Positions 13,578 through 26,816 of a stretch of 64,000 nt of DNA are shown here, piece after piece. Made by a program: the position numbers and the translations under genes. The first letter of the stretch is position 1. Each line of letters starts with the position of its first letter. Below the pieces are notes generated by a model. It ran no database searches, was not told the DNA's origin, and was given only the letters and a program-made list of their open reading frames with translations. Location: contig NC_043002.1 in the NCBI RefSeq assembly GCF_006345805.1, positions 109,182,001 to 109,246,000 on the forward strand, written 5' to 3'. This stretch comes from Octopus sinensis (taxonomy: Eukaryota).

Positions 13578-16518
13578 AAATTGGAGATGAAAGAAAAGGG
13601 GAAAGCATTTTTCCTGTTTAAGATTTTTTTTAAAGATCATGATATATATATATATATTGCGATCAGTAGACAAGGGGCAATTTTTTTTTTTGTCTACCCT
13701 CATTTTTTTTGCCCCTCAATGAAAAAAAATACATAAAAAAATAATTTAAAAAAAGGGAATTCCTGTTCAGAGCTAATGTTAGTGCTTTGAAATTGTGTTG
13801 GGAGTGGGGGGAGAAGGGGGGGGTGAATTAACTGAAACAAGATACAAAGTAAATGAAAATTATAGATTTTTTTTTTTAAAAGGTAGGAATGAAAAATAAA
13901 GTTTATCTTGGGTCAGGTGAAAGGGGTTTGTTTAAAAAATACCCTCAAACTTTTTAGTAGAAACATTTAATAATTTAAAATAAAAATATTTTAAAAAAAC
14001 GAAAAAAAAATGAAAAATTTAAAATAATTCCAAAAACATCTTGGTTGGTTTATTGCTGACCTTTTTTTTTCCCCTCCAAAATCCATCACCTGCCACTTCG
14101 TACATTTAAAATTGTTTTTGGAAACTAAATCAAAACAAAAAAAAAAGAAACTCACACAAAAAAATATTATTGAATAAAAGATTGAAATGAAAATACATTT
14201 GTTGAGTGATCAATGTTGTAAACAAAGTGGGGATATCATCATCATCATCATCATTGTTTTAATGTCAACTTTTCCATGATTGTATAGTTTGTACAAGTTT
14301 AAGGCAGATTTTCTACAGCTACAGGCCCTTCATATTTCCAAGCAAAATAATATTTTCTCATGACCAGACTTTTTTTGTACAGAATATTGGAAATGAATGT
14401 CACTACTTACATGACGCACACTCATAACTACATAATTATCATGCATTGTCGATTACACACACACGTGACAAGCTTCTTTCAGTTTCTACTAAGTTCAGCC
14501 ACCAGTCTTTGGTGAGACTAGGGGACCAGGGCTATTGTAGAAGACACTTGGCCAAAGTGCCAGCGGTGGGACTGAACTTGTAAGTTTGTGGTTGGGAAGC
14601 TTACCACGCAGTCAGTCTCCTTCTAAGCAAATTATTCCAATTTTGGTTCCCAGGAATCATTTGAGTGGTTTAAGTGCTTTTAATCCCACTTGGGTAAGTG
14701 CTTTCTATAATTGCCCCAAGCTGACCAAAGCCTTGTGAGTGAATCTGGTTGATGGAAACTAAAAAAAAAAAAAAAAAAAACCAGCCATGCATGTGTGTAA
14801 GATAAAAGCAAAATTTTGTCCATCCAGAACCCCTGTATTTCAAGTCTATATTTGCTCTACATTGATATATACCTTTTCGGAATCAGGATTGAAAATCTGC
14901 CCTTTATTCCACAAGCTTAACTCTAATCTTAAGTATATAAATATTGGAAGTAATTATCCTAATTCTTCAATAATTTTTTAGTTTATAATATTTTTAGAAG
15001 AATATCTAATATATCATGTCATAAGGATATCTTTAGCAAAAATGCAGACTACTATAACATGGCACTTGGCAAAGCAGGATATAACCAGAGGTTAAAGTAT
15101 TATGCACAAAATGTGGGCAACAGTTGCTCTAATAACAATTATAAAGGACCTAGAAGAAATATGAATAAGAATATAAATGATAAAAATAAATATCAGATAA
15201 ATATGTAAATTGCTTTGTACATTGGATAATGCTCGTAAAATTAGTAGTAGCAATAATAGAATAAAACACACCCCATATGTATATAATCAGGTTTGAAAAT
15301 TGCAACATAACTTTTGATAAGAGCAATATTATTTGGTTCGTTATTCCATTCACTATGCAAATTATGAATAATTTGTTTGGATCTTTATATAAACATTTTA
15401 CTAAAGAAAATAGATACTGTGATATAATTAATACCAGTTTTTTCCATGTGGCTTTTTTCTAAAAATATGTCCCAAATTATTTCTTCCCCTCACGAGAGGA
15501 AATTATCAAATTTTTATAACAATGATAATACTCTAAGAAATAATGTTAGTAAAGAATACATAAATAAATCTTTTAGTGTACAACAGGAAACAACCCATGT
15601 TGAATCCCATCTTAACCTGAGGAATAGAAATATTAGAAATAAAAATATGTACTGTGATTGCAAAGTTAGAAATAACTGTTTGTTTAATGATGAATAAAAA
15701 AAAAAAAAAACTAAATGTAGAGTGAAATCTTTTACATTGGTTCAAAGGAAAACTATATGAAAAATGCATTGCCAACCACAATTGCACCTTTTAATAAAAA
15801 AAAAAGTGGTCTTTTAGCAGCCCTAGCAAATTTATTTGGGACTTGAAGGACAAGAATAAAATGTTTACTGTGGAGTGGGAAATAATAGGCAGGACTGGTG
15901 CCTATAAAATTGGAAATGCCTGTTTACTCTGTGTTTACAAATGTTAAATTCTGGACGTAGACTCCTTAACACCAAAAAAGAGAGTGGGTTATCCTGTGTT
16001 TGCGCCTGTAAATGTTTTCAAAAATTAAATACAATATAGTTTACTAGGACTATAAATTAGGTGGATATCTCAGGCTTAATATACTAACGATTATAACTAA
16101 AAAGATTCAATAATTCTTAGTAGATATTAAAATACAAAATGAGAGCGCAAACCTCCACCAAGGCAACACCAACGTCCTCTCAACGATTGGCCAGAGATGA
16201 TTTTTAAAATGAGAATATCTGAAATAAACTCGACTGCTCTCACAAATGAGAATTCTAAAAGTGAACCCGACCGCTCTCAAAAATTAAGTCTATCGAGGAG
16301 CAACCAAAATATTGGAATGTAGCTCCTTTCTATCAAGTTCTTCCCTTGACGAAATATCCAATTAACTATATTTAATATGAAACTGTGATTTAATTGAATT
16401 GGGCATGGAAACGGTTGTAGGTGCAAGGAGTTTGATATTGTTCGGAATTGAATATCTTCTAATAAATTGATGTCTGTATGTCAATTTCTGTTTTCTTGTT
16501 ATATATAGTGGAGTAGGG

Positions 16519-16925
16519 GGTTACTCATAAGGGGTGTAGCCTTACGACGTATCTTCAGATCCCAAACACTGCTGGTGCAAGACCCCTTCAAAATATGGAG
16601 GCGGGAAAAGCCTTGTTTCAAAGGTAAAACCCTAAGTGACTATCTCCTTTTACCATTGGCTATCACTCTTCAGCCATGCCATTTTAGAAAATTCCTGCAA
16701 GGCGGCACTACAGCAAACCAAGGCCAAAGGGAGGCAATCAATTACTTTCGTGGTGCTTTGTTGATTGCAAGATGGTGGCGCAGCCAAAGATTGATGACCA
16801 ATGGCAAAGGGAGATAATCACATATGGCGTTTTTTGCCCCCATATTTTGAAGAGGTCTGAGGCCAGCAGTGTTTGGTATGCCATAAGGTGAAACCCCTTA
16901 TGAGCAAGAAACCCAGGGTAACCCC
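16519..16925. mobile_element. Old MITE with about 90-bp imperfect TIRs
   Basis: CTCATAAGGGGT..CCAAACACTGCTGG..CTTCAAAATATGG mirrored at 16825-16925. Confidence 0.6.
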
Positions 16926-17770
16926 ATAAACTGGTCTACCCCACCATAATAATATTAACTGCTCCACATCTTAGAGTGTGCTTCTCTTCTGGATTTATGT
17001 ATTTCTACAAACAATATATCTATAAAAGAGAGATTCTGTCTGTCCCAAGAAACATAAGATGCCATAAAGCGTGGGTGTTTTTTCCACTTTCGCACCTTAA
17101 CTATGGTCCTGATGATGATGGTGTGACTAGAACTAAAGTGCTAAAATTTTCAAAGAATCGACACCTTTCAATCTCTCTTTCTCCCTCTCTCTAATGACTG
17201 CCACAAGAAAAAATTTTTTTTTTAATTCTGCAGTCAACTAAAAATTCTTCAAGGTGGTGCCCCAGCATGGCCACAATCTAATGACTGAAACAAGTAAAAG
17301 GTGAAAAGAAAATTATAAGAGTAGGTGCTTTGTCCACTTTTACCAGCAGAGCGGAATTCTAAAGAAATGGCGCCACTATTTTTTTATTTGTTTGTCTCTC
17401 TCTCCCTAAAAGAACACACACACACATTCATGTTTCGGGTATACCTATTTTTCTAACTTCTTCATTCAGATATAATTATACAAATTTCTTTCACATAAGC
17501 AGAAAAAATCTGACAGTGAAGTCATACGCACAAATTCACAGTGGAACGAAAATCAACATGCAAACAAAAAGACTACCACACAACACCTTGCCCTGCATTC
17601 CTGTAATACAGCCTCAGAATTTCAGCAAAAACACCATTCAGCATTTGTAAATTCATTTCACTATTACTTACTGATATTTGCACATCATTTCTAAATTCGT
17701 TCCACTACAAAATACTGATATTCCTTGTGAAAAACATTTCTCATTCCCTTAAGCGAGTCTATATGATATA

Positions 17771-18154
17771 CTCTTTCTCTTTTACATGTTTCAGTCATTT
17801 GACTGCGGCCATGCTGGAGCACCGCCTTTAGTCGAGCAAATCGATCCCGGGACTTATTCTTTGTAAGCCCAGTACTTATTCTATCGGTCTCTTTTGCCGA
17901 ACCGCTAAGTGACAGGGACGTAAACACACCAGCATCAGTTGTCAAGCAATGGTAGGGGTGACAAGCACAGACACACACACATATACACATACATATGACA
18001 GGCTTCTTTCAGTTTCCGTCTACCAAATCCACTCACAAGGCATTGGTTGGCCCGGGGCTATAGCAGAAGACACTTGCCCAAGATGCCACGCAGTGGGACT
18101 GAACCCGGAACCATGTGGTTGGTTAGCAAGCTACTTACCACACAGCCACTCCTG
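17771..18154 (-). mobile_element. tRNA-derived SINE, family B
   Basis: Head with A/B-box-like TGGCTGTGTGG and GGTTCAGTCC, central microsatellite, GCATGGCCGCAGTCAAATGACTGAAAC tail. Confidence 0.85.
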
Positions 18155-18782
18155 TATTTTCCTTGCGTTACTATAACGCAGTCTGAATTTCATTTCACTA
18201 TTACTGATATTTATTATCAAAAAATGTCTCATAAAAAAACCCGTCACAAAACGAACACCAAACAAACGCATGACGTGCATTAGAAAACGAGTCCTGCACA
18301 CGGCTTACAGTTTAGTGACAGAGAAAAAATGTTTGACATGCATCTGAGACCGAACATTAATGAAATGCTAGATAAATAAAATAGTACATACAACTCACTT
18401 ATTGTCGTATCATAAACAAACAAGTTCGTGTATGATATTGATCTTTCTTCTACTTTAATTATTACAGTTTTCTCCTCTAAAACTGCACACATATAGGGTC
18501 AATGTGGCTCCCAGTAGACAGTAAAAGTAATTACCCAATCAATGACAGGTTTTACTGCTAGTAATATATATATATAATAAATCTCAGAGCGAGTTATAAA
18601 CAGTAGCTGCAACACATCGTGATGTATATTTGCCATTTAAATATAGCTAACCCCTAAGGGTGGATGCTACTGTAGTTTGTAGCCCCAGAAGGGCACCTCC
18701 TCCAGCTGGCTATAGACACACTTTCTGTGCCCTATCAGTATTTGCAAAGGGAAGCCATCCTTCCCGTCTTCAACTTATGATA

Positions 18783-18827
18783 CACATGGACTCGAGTTTC
18801 TGGGTATTGACCCTTCATCGGCATGTG
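18783..18827 (-). ncRNA. Minimal type I hammerhead ribozyme-like motif (CCGA core variant)
   Basis: CACATG-CCGATGA-a.GGGT caat ACCC.a-GAAAC-TCGA-GTC-CATGTG. Confidence 0.6.
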
Positions 18828-19037
18828 ACAATCACAGTTGTCGATGAAAAGTAGGTTCCCTTCGCAAATACATACTTTTTCCAGTATCGTAAAGACACTG
18901 ATATCGAAAAAGTATAAACAAGCAATAATAAATCTTAGATATTATTATTACTTTTTCGATATCAGTGTCTTTATGATACTGGAAAAAGTATATGTATTTG
19001 CGAAGGGAACCTATTTTCATCGACAACTGTTGATTGT

Positions 19038-19082
19038 CACACGCCGATGACGGGTCAATACCCAGAAACTCGAGTCCGTGTG
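19038..19082 (+). ncRNA. Minimal type I hammerhead ribozyme-like motif (CCGA core variant)
   Basis: CACACG-CCGATGA-c.GGGT caat ACCC.a-GAAAC-TCGA-GTC-CGTGTG: stems I and II, palindromic stem III, GUC site. Confidence 0.6.
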
Positions 19083-20448
19083 TATCACAGGTTGAAGACG
19101 GGAAGGATGGCTTCCCTTTGCAAATACTGATAGGGCACAGAAAGTGTGTCTATAGCCAGCTGGAGGAGGTGTCCTCCTGGGGCTACAAGCTATAGTAGCA
19201 TCCACCCTTAGGGGTTAGCCATATTTAAATGGCAAATATACGTAACTATATATATATAGCGGTACTACTAGTGAATAATGGTCCCAGTGCACGCACATGC
19301 GCAAGCTAGTCTTAAGTAGTCGATCGTGTGTATGCAAATGAGTTGATTTGCGCATGCGCGATTCGCGATACATATTTGCGAACAAAAATTATTTTTTAAA
19401 ACAATGTATATGATTCTTTTTACACAAATCAAATAAAAAGCAAAGAAAATAATTTTTTAAACTAAGTAAATAAATTATTTTTTAAAACAATATATATGAT
19501 TTTTTTTACACAAATTAAATAATATTTTTCGAACAAAGTAAATAATTTTTTAAACTTAGCTAATTTATTTTTTTATAAACAAAGATTTTTTTTTGGTGAG
19601 GTTAAACCATTCCTACTTTCTGCTGAGGCTCAGTTATCAACAACTGTGCGTGTGTGGCCTCCATAATCTGTCTGAGTGTCATGTCTGGTCTATATATCTT
19701 ATCTACATTATTAACTGAGCCTTCATATTCTAATTGAGCATGTTGGTAGAGCACTGAGCGCTTCTCCATCTTCCACCAATGTACGTTGTTGTCCTGTTTC
19801 TCTTCCATACTTCACTACACTTTATCTGTGGGTTCATTCTACACTACAGTTGCTCTCCCTACAGGCAGTTCTTTGAAATAGATATGTTCTACTAATCTAG
19901 GATTTCATGGAGGTACCTGGCCTTTCTACTATTTTCATCCACAGATTCACCTTATCTAAGGGGTAGCGCCAATGAGCATAATACTCTGGTATCTTTACTT
20001 ATCAAACTATGAGTTAGTTGGCCTTATCTATCTTCTTTGTCCTTTCCATGCTATTCCAGGATTTACTTGTGTAAAGGGGGCACATCCCAATTTGCATCAT
20101 TCTCTATAATGGCCATGTATTTAGTCCTGGTTCCTTTGTACACTTTGATACTATCTCTTCAACAGCAGCTAGGTAACTGCGTGCAGTGGATGGAGTGTTG
20201 TATGTCTCCCTAATTCTGTTGCATTGCCACTAGTAGTAGTAATAGTAACAACGGTTTTCTCACTCTAACCATATCATATGATACATGTGACCTAAGAAGT
20301 AACATTAAAAATGGAAAATTTACAACTTCCAAAGAATACACTAAACATATTATAAACAATTATAGTAATTTAATAACATTCATACACATAGATTCTTTAA
20401 TACAAATATCACAACGAAATGGTTTTATAATATGCTTTCCTACAAAAG

Positions 20449-21098
<650 letters not shown>

Positions 21099-21102
21099 TT
21101 AA

Positions 21103-21323
21103 CCCTTTAGCATTTAAACCGGCCATATCCAGCCAAAAGTATTCTGCCAGTTTTATGTTCAAACTGACCAGATCTGGTCTCTCACACCGACCCTACGATA
21201 TCGTTTCAAAAATTAACAGCTACCTCATCAAAATCTCATAGCTACAAGATAATGCATGATTAGTTCAAAACAATGTGGATAAAAAAGGATTAATTTTGGC
21301 AGAATAATCTGAACACTAACGGG
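21103..21323. mobile_element. piggyBac-type MITE, family 1, inserted in the ZNF-1 coding exon
   Basis: TTAA|CCCTTTAG...CTAACGGG|GTAA; empty TTAA site in paralog ZNF-3 near 53966. Confidence 0.88.
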
Positions 21324-21864
21324 GTAAACAGCGATATGATTTCTCTCCTGTGTGAATAAGACTGTGTCTTTTTAAACTAGCAGTTACAGAAAATGCTTTG
21401 CCACAGATTTCACACTGATGTGGCTTCTCCCCAGTATGAACATGATTGTGTTTCTTTAAGCTGCACCTCTCAGAAAAGTCTTTTCCACAAACCTCACAGT
21501 GATATGGTCTCTCTCCAGTGTGAACACGTTTGTGTATCTTTAAGTAACCTTTATTAAAAAATGCTTTGCCACAGATTTCACAGTTGTACGGTTTCTCCCC
21601 TGTGTGTGTACGTTTGTGAATCTTTATATAACCTTTACTAGAAAATGATTTTCCACATATTTCACAGTGAAATGGTTTCTCTCCGGTATGTGTACGTTTG
21701 TGTTCTGTTAAATTTCCTTTTACAGAGAATGCCCTCTCACATACTTCACAGCGGTATGGCTTTTCCTCTGTATGAGTGCGCCTATGAATAGCTAAATTAG
21801 ATTTTGTAGTAAGTACTTTACCACAAATATCACATTTGTAACATTTGCTCCCTTTCTGATACAT
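21316..21864 (-). CDS. C2H2 zinc-finger gene ZNF-1: 6 fingers, truncated by MITE insertion (possible pseudogene)
   Basis: ATG at 21864 (MYQKGSKCYKC, homologous to paralog starts); CxxC-12-HxxxH with TGEKP linkers; stop falls inside the MITE; exon acceptor at 21991. Confidence 0.85.
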   Translation of the reverse strand: MYQKGSKCYKCDICGKVLTTKSNLAIHRRTHTEEKPYRCEVCERAFSVKGNLTEHKRTHTGEKPFHCEICGKSFSSKGYIKIHKRTHTGEKPYNCEICGKAFFNKGYLKIHKRVHTGERPYHCEVCGKDFSERCSLKKHNHVHTGEKPHQCEICGKAFSVTASLKRHSLIHTGEKSYRCLPR

Positions 21865-24800
21865 TCTCTCAGTTAAATTTTGCAATTTTATTTTCTCATT
21901 CTGAAAACATTGGTTGATAAATCTCTCTACCCAAACACAGCAGATTTGCAGTATCCTCTGCAGAAAATCTTCTTTCAAATGGAAATATGTCCTGAAAGAA
22001 AAATAAAATAAATATTAGATACTAATGACTAAAAAGTTGTGAAATGAGTTGCTATTTGTGTGGTAAGTGATTGACTATATTCTCAACAATATCTCAATCA
22101 TAGATCAGCAAGTCACAACCTTTCTTCATGTTGTCTCTGTTCAGGATCAATAGAATATTCCCTAAGTCCTTATCATTATTATCTAATATCTGTTTTTGGT
22201 CCTGGCAAGAGTCGGACAGTTTGACAGGAACCAGCAAAGTCCCACCAGGTTCCATTGTCAGTTGGCATGGTTTCTACAGCTGGATGCCCTTCCTAATGCT
22301 CACCACTTTACAGAGTGTATAACGCAATCTCCCGTCAGTAAACATTTCTAAAAAAATGCTTTCCCTCCTTTGTGGTGGGTGAGAGTGCTATTGTCTTATT
22401 TGACAGCAATAATTAACAATGTTTTCCCACATATTTTAGAGTATGCTTCTATCACCTGTTTGAATATGTGTGTGATTAAACAAACTGACCAAGTGTTCAC
22501 AGATTGAAACTAGGCAGAATTAGATAAATAGATGTTCTCATTTTATGAGGTCAGAAGTAGCTTCATAAGAAATATGCAGAATTCTTTCCATTACCTCCTT
22601 TCAATGAATCATGAGTGTGCCTGGCTAAAGGCTTAGTGGCATTTCACCCATCTTCACATTCTGACAAGGGCAACTTTGCCTTTCATTCTTTTCGGTCAAT
22701 GAAATAAGTACCACTGGCCTCTCCCCTCAAACTGCTGGCCTTGTGCCAAAATGCTAAAATCAACACTGTTTGTTTGTTTGAGAACAGAAAAAGCACAAAT
22801 CTTCTTCAGGACAAAATCTGTTTCCTTCCTCAGTCTCTAGATGAAAGAGAGATGAGAAGAAAACATGACAGATGTAAAGAATCAAATCATTGTTATAGAT
22901 ATACTTGATGCTGAAGAATTACCAGAAAACCATTCCTGCTATTTGGGACTGTGTTTAAGTAATACTCTGTTGGAGGTACTGTCATGGGCCCATGGTCACT
23001 GGATTATTTCCACTCAGTATTAATGTTCCACATAATTATACTCAGCAAAGTTTCAAACATTACACTAAATCCCTCCAACAAGACAAATATTTCTGTCCTT
23101 AACTATTCATATGTGTCTAAGAATCTCAGAAAAATGTCATGCTAATATAGTAACAGTTATTGTTTGTTTTAGTTGAAATGGAACCGAATCCATTAATGTT
23201 TTTCTTGTTTCAGTCAGTGGAATGTGGCCATGCTGGGGTAATGCCTTGAAAGGTTTGGTTCAACTGAATGCCAGTACTGTTTTTTTTTAAAATCTAGTAT
23301 TTATATTCTTGGATCTCTTTAGTGGGAGTGTAAGTTATGGTGACATAAACAAACCAACACTGGTTGTCAAGTGATAGTGAGGAGGAGTTAATAGAAAGGA
23401 CACACACATGCAAATCAATAATATTACTATGCTAAATTTTTGCCTTTATACATACGAACCTGTGGTGTGTGTCATGCTTCCTTCAAAAGAAAAGGTAAAA
23501 AGGTTGAATGGAGAGATACAAAGAAAAAGAGGCATAGGTGTTAAGCAGAGGAGGTATATTTGAAGTGAGTGGCAAAGTGGGAGAGAAGAGAACAGAGAGG
23601 AAGTGAGAGAAAAAGAGAGACGGTGAGTAATGACTGAAAGGAAGGTGGCGTTCCTCCTTTTGTTTTTAAATGTTTATTACTATTTTCTGAAAAGACTGAT
23701 GCATACATCAAAAGAAAAAGACATACAAGTTAAATTAAAAAGTAGGAGAGAGGAGGGACGGAGAAGTGAGGAAGAAAGAGAGAGAGAGAGACAGTGAGTG
23801 GTGACTGAAAGGAAGGTGGTGTTCATTTTGTGATTTTAAATATTTATCAAGTAGATAAACAGATCAAAAGAAGAGTAGATACATAGACGAATTGTTAGAT
23901 ACAAGTAACTACTGCAAATATTGTATGCCACTTTTACTTTTCCTTACCACACAAGGATACAATTAACTTGCAAATGGCTGAGTACTTTACAGACATGCAT
24001 ACCATTAATGTAGTTCTCAAGGAGATTCAGCCTAACACAGAATATAACATGATTTGCGCCTTTGAATTACAACTACAACTCATTTTGGCCAGCTGAGTGG
24101 ACTGGCGCAAGATAAACCTTCAAGTAGTGTTATCCGGTCCTAACAGAAGCATTTGTGTCTCACAGATCTGGAGGCCAAGCCCCCAGAGAAACAGCCATGC
24201 TCAGGCTGTTGTTATGAGCCAAGTGCAAAGTCACTGGACGACAGCAATTATTTCACCAAAAGTTACAATCAACAAGATCCCAAAACTATCAGTTACCAGG
24301 CTCACCTTAAATAACCTAATTTTGCAATATTAGGAGGTCACAGGAATTAATTCAACAAAAAAAAATTCCAATGATTCCGAGAAGCCCCCCCCCCCCCCAA
24401 ATTTTTTCCAAACCAAAATAAGGTATTTGCAGCATATTAGGAGGTCAGGGTACTTGATTCCACACAAAATTCAAATTCTTTCTTTTTTCATAGTGAAAAT
24501 TGTGCAGGTGCTGATATTGAAACGACGGTACATCAGCATGGCCGCAGCTCTGAGCTGAAACTTAAAAAAAAAAAAAAAAAAAAGACTATAATATTGTTAT
24601 TTAACATCAAATCAACCCTGAATATGCAAACATATCATCAAAGACATTCCAGCCTTCAGCAAACCGTCTTTTTAGGGATAATCTAGGACATTACATACAA
24701 TGGACGTGTGATTTAGGTAGGGGGATACTGTGGATGCTATTTTTAGCGTGTCGAGCAACCAGGTAGAGGCTCTTTCATTGGTTGGATTACGTGATGAGAT

Positions 24801-25806
24801 TTTTTTTTCCACATATGTAATATGTATATATATCATCAGTAGCAGTTAGAGAGTAAGTCAAAAGCTGAGAGTTTCGTGTATTGGCACTCATCAAACATGA
24901 ATTTGTCCATTGTCACTTTGTAACTTCTGATGAAATAACTTCTAAAATACAAAATTTTGTCCAAAACATGAAGTGTAAACCCTGTTCTATGTGACGTTCT
25001 ACCAGTATCAGAAGTTTGAAAGTGTCTAGTTAAAAAGTTTGATTAAAAAATCTGTACGTCTAATTGAATAGATCCGAAATGGATGAAAAGCAAAGTCAAC
25101 CTTGACAGAATTTGAACTCAGAATGTAAAGACAGACAAAATACCGCTTCTAAAATACAAAATTTTTTCAAAATTCTACAAGTATCAGAAGTTTTAAAGTG
25201 TTTACTTAAAAAAAAAATTAATGAAATAATCTGTACATCAAAGTTGACCTCAGCGAAATTTGAACTCAAAAACATAATGACAGACAAAATACAGATAAGC
25301 ATTTCACCCAGCATGCTAACATTTCTGCCAGCTCACCGCCTTAGAAATTAAACATTGATTTTAGAAATATATTCTTTATTTTTTTAGCTGAAGCGTTATT
25401 CCCTTACTTACTGATAGCAAATTTCAAAACATTTTACCTCATAACTATTTATCTACTAAATTTTGTTCAATGCGATTAATGATTCAGAATTCCTCATGAA
25501 ATTTTCTATCATTTAAGCTTAAGAAAGGTATACTTTTAATTTAAAATTAAAAAGTTTATGTTAATTGAAGGTGAATAGGAGCCTTACTGTCCCTTTTGAG
25601 GTCACAGATATTTTGATGTAACTTTTTTTCCATTGAACCAAATCTCAAACTATTTATGCCAAAGTGTAGCTGAGGAGATGTCCTCTTTAAAACTGAATTA
25701 GAGGTGAAGCTTGGACAAAATGGTGAACTTAAGAATATATTCAACCACTACCATGGTTGAATAATACACACAGATATATGTATACACATACAGTTACATA
25801 CATATA

Positions 25807-26521
25807 CAGGGTGATTGGAAAGTAACTCCCTATTTTAAAATGCTTATAATTTATTTATTAACTGTAATTTTTTTCTCAAATTTGTTGTGTATGTTCTTTA
25901 ATGTATGGAAATTGATTCCATGTTGTTTTTTCTCAGATTGATTATTTTGTTTGAAATTTAGAAGCCCTACAAACATGGCTGGATGTTTTACTGTGCAGGA
26001 GCGTGCTCAGCTAGCTGCACGTTACGAAGTTTGGAGATCAGTTGTTCAAGTGCAAAGATGGTGGAGGACCATTAGAGAAAGACATGCTCAAGTTGATGCA
26101 AAGATAATCAAGAATTGCCATGCAAAATTCATGACTACAGGATTTGTAGCTGATACTTGAAGTGGTCATCCTTCCAATTCATCAAGGTTCGCATGACTGG
26201 CTGGCCAGAAGCCCTGATTTAACACCCTGCGACTGTTTTGGGGGTTGGTTAAAGGAGGAAGTCTTCTCTACCAAACCAATGACTTTGGAAGAACTTGAAG
26301 GGTGAATACAAGAAGTTATGTCTTGCATTCCACAAGACTTCCTGATGAAATCAGTTGATGTGGTTCCAAGGCCGCTTCAGAAGCTGGTGGTGAATGCTGA
26401 TGTCTATATCAAATTTTAAATAAAATTCATTCCAGGCTATACACTTTCTTTACATAAAAATTATAGTTAATAAATAAATTATAAATATTTTAAAATAGAG
26501 AGTTACTTTTCAATCACCTTG
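25807..26521 (+). mobile_element. Internally deleted Tc1/mariner element
   Basis: About 60-bp TIRs (CAGGGTGATTGGAAAGTAACTC...), TA TSD; HTH N-terminus (FTVQERAQLAARYEVWRSVVQVQRWW) joined to a WxARSPDLTPCD motif. Confidence 0.9.
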
Positions 26522-26566
26522 TATATGTATACACATAAAGATATATATATGTATATATATATATAT

Positions 26567-26669
26567 ATCAAAATAAGCAACAAGTATATCCAAGGTAGAG
26601 TAGCACAATTGTTTCATGCTAGTACAATTGTACTACTCTACCTTGTATATACTTGTTGCTTATTTTGAT
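26567..26669. repeat. Short near-perfect hairpin (46-bp arms) next to (TA)n
   Basis: 44/46 arm identity, 11-nt spacer. Confidence 0.85.
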
Positions 26670-26770
26670 TATAATCACCCCATTTGATTTATATGGATAA
26701 TACCAAACAAAATTTTGGTGCCTTTAACTTATTCATCTGAATCTAAATTTTGCTGAACTTAATATCTATA

Positions 26771-26816
<46 letters not shown>

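Larger units (their letters stand above)
18624..19241. mobile_element. Long fold-back element with hammerhead-like motif in each arm (probably Penelope-like retroelement derived)
   Basis: Arms 18624-18914 and 18949-19241 about 95% identical by eye, 34-nt spacer, (TA)n-rich flanks. Confidence 0.8.

Noticed and set aside
19602-19808. 68-aa ORF downstream of ZNF-1
   Set aside because: The paralogous sequence near 55080-55190 has indels that break the frame; no motif recognised
21865-21978. N-terminal extension MKEDFLQ... of ZNF-1 in the ORF track
   Set aside because: Starts at TTG; the homologous region in the paralogs has stops and non-triplet indels, so it is 5' UTR
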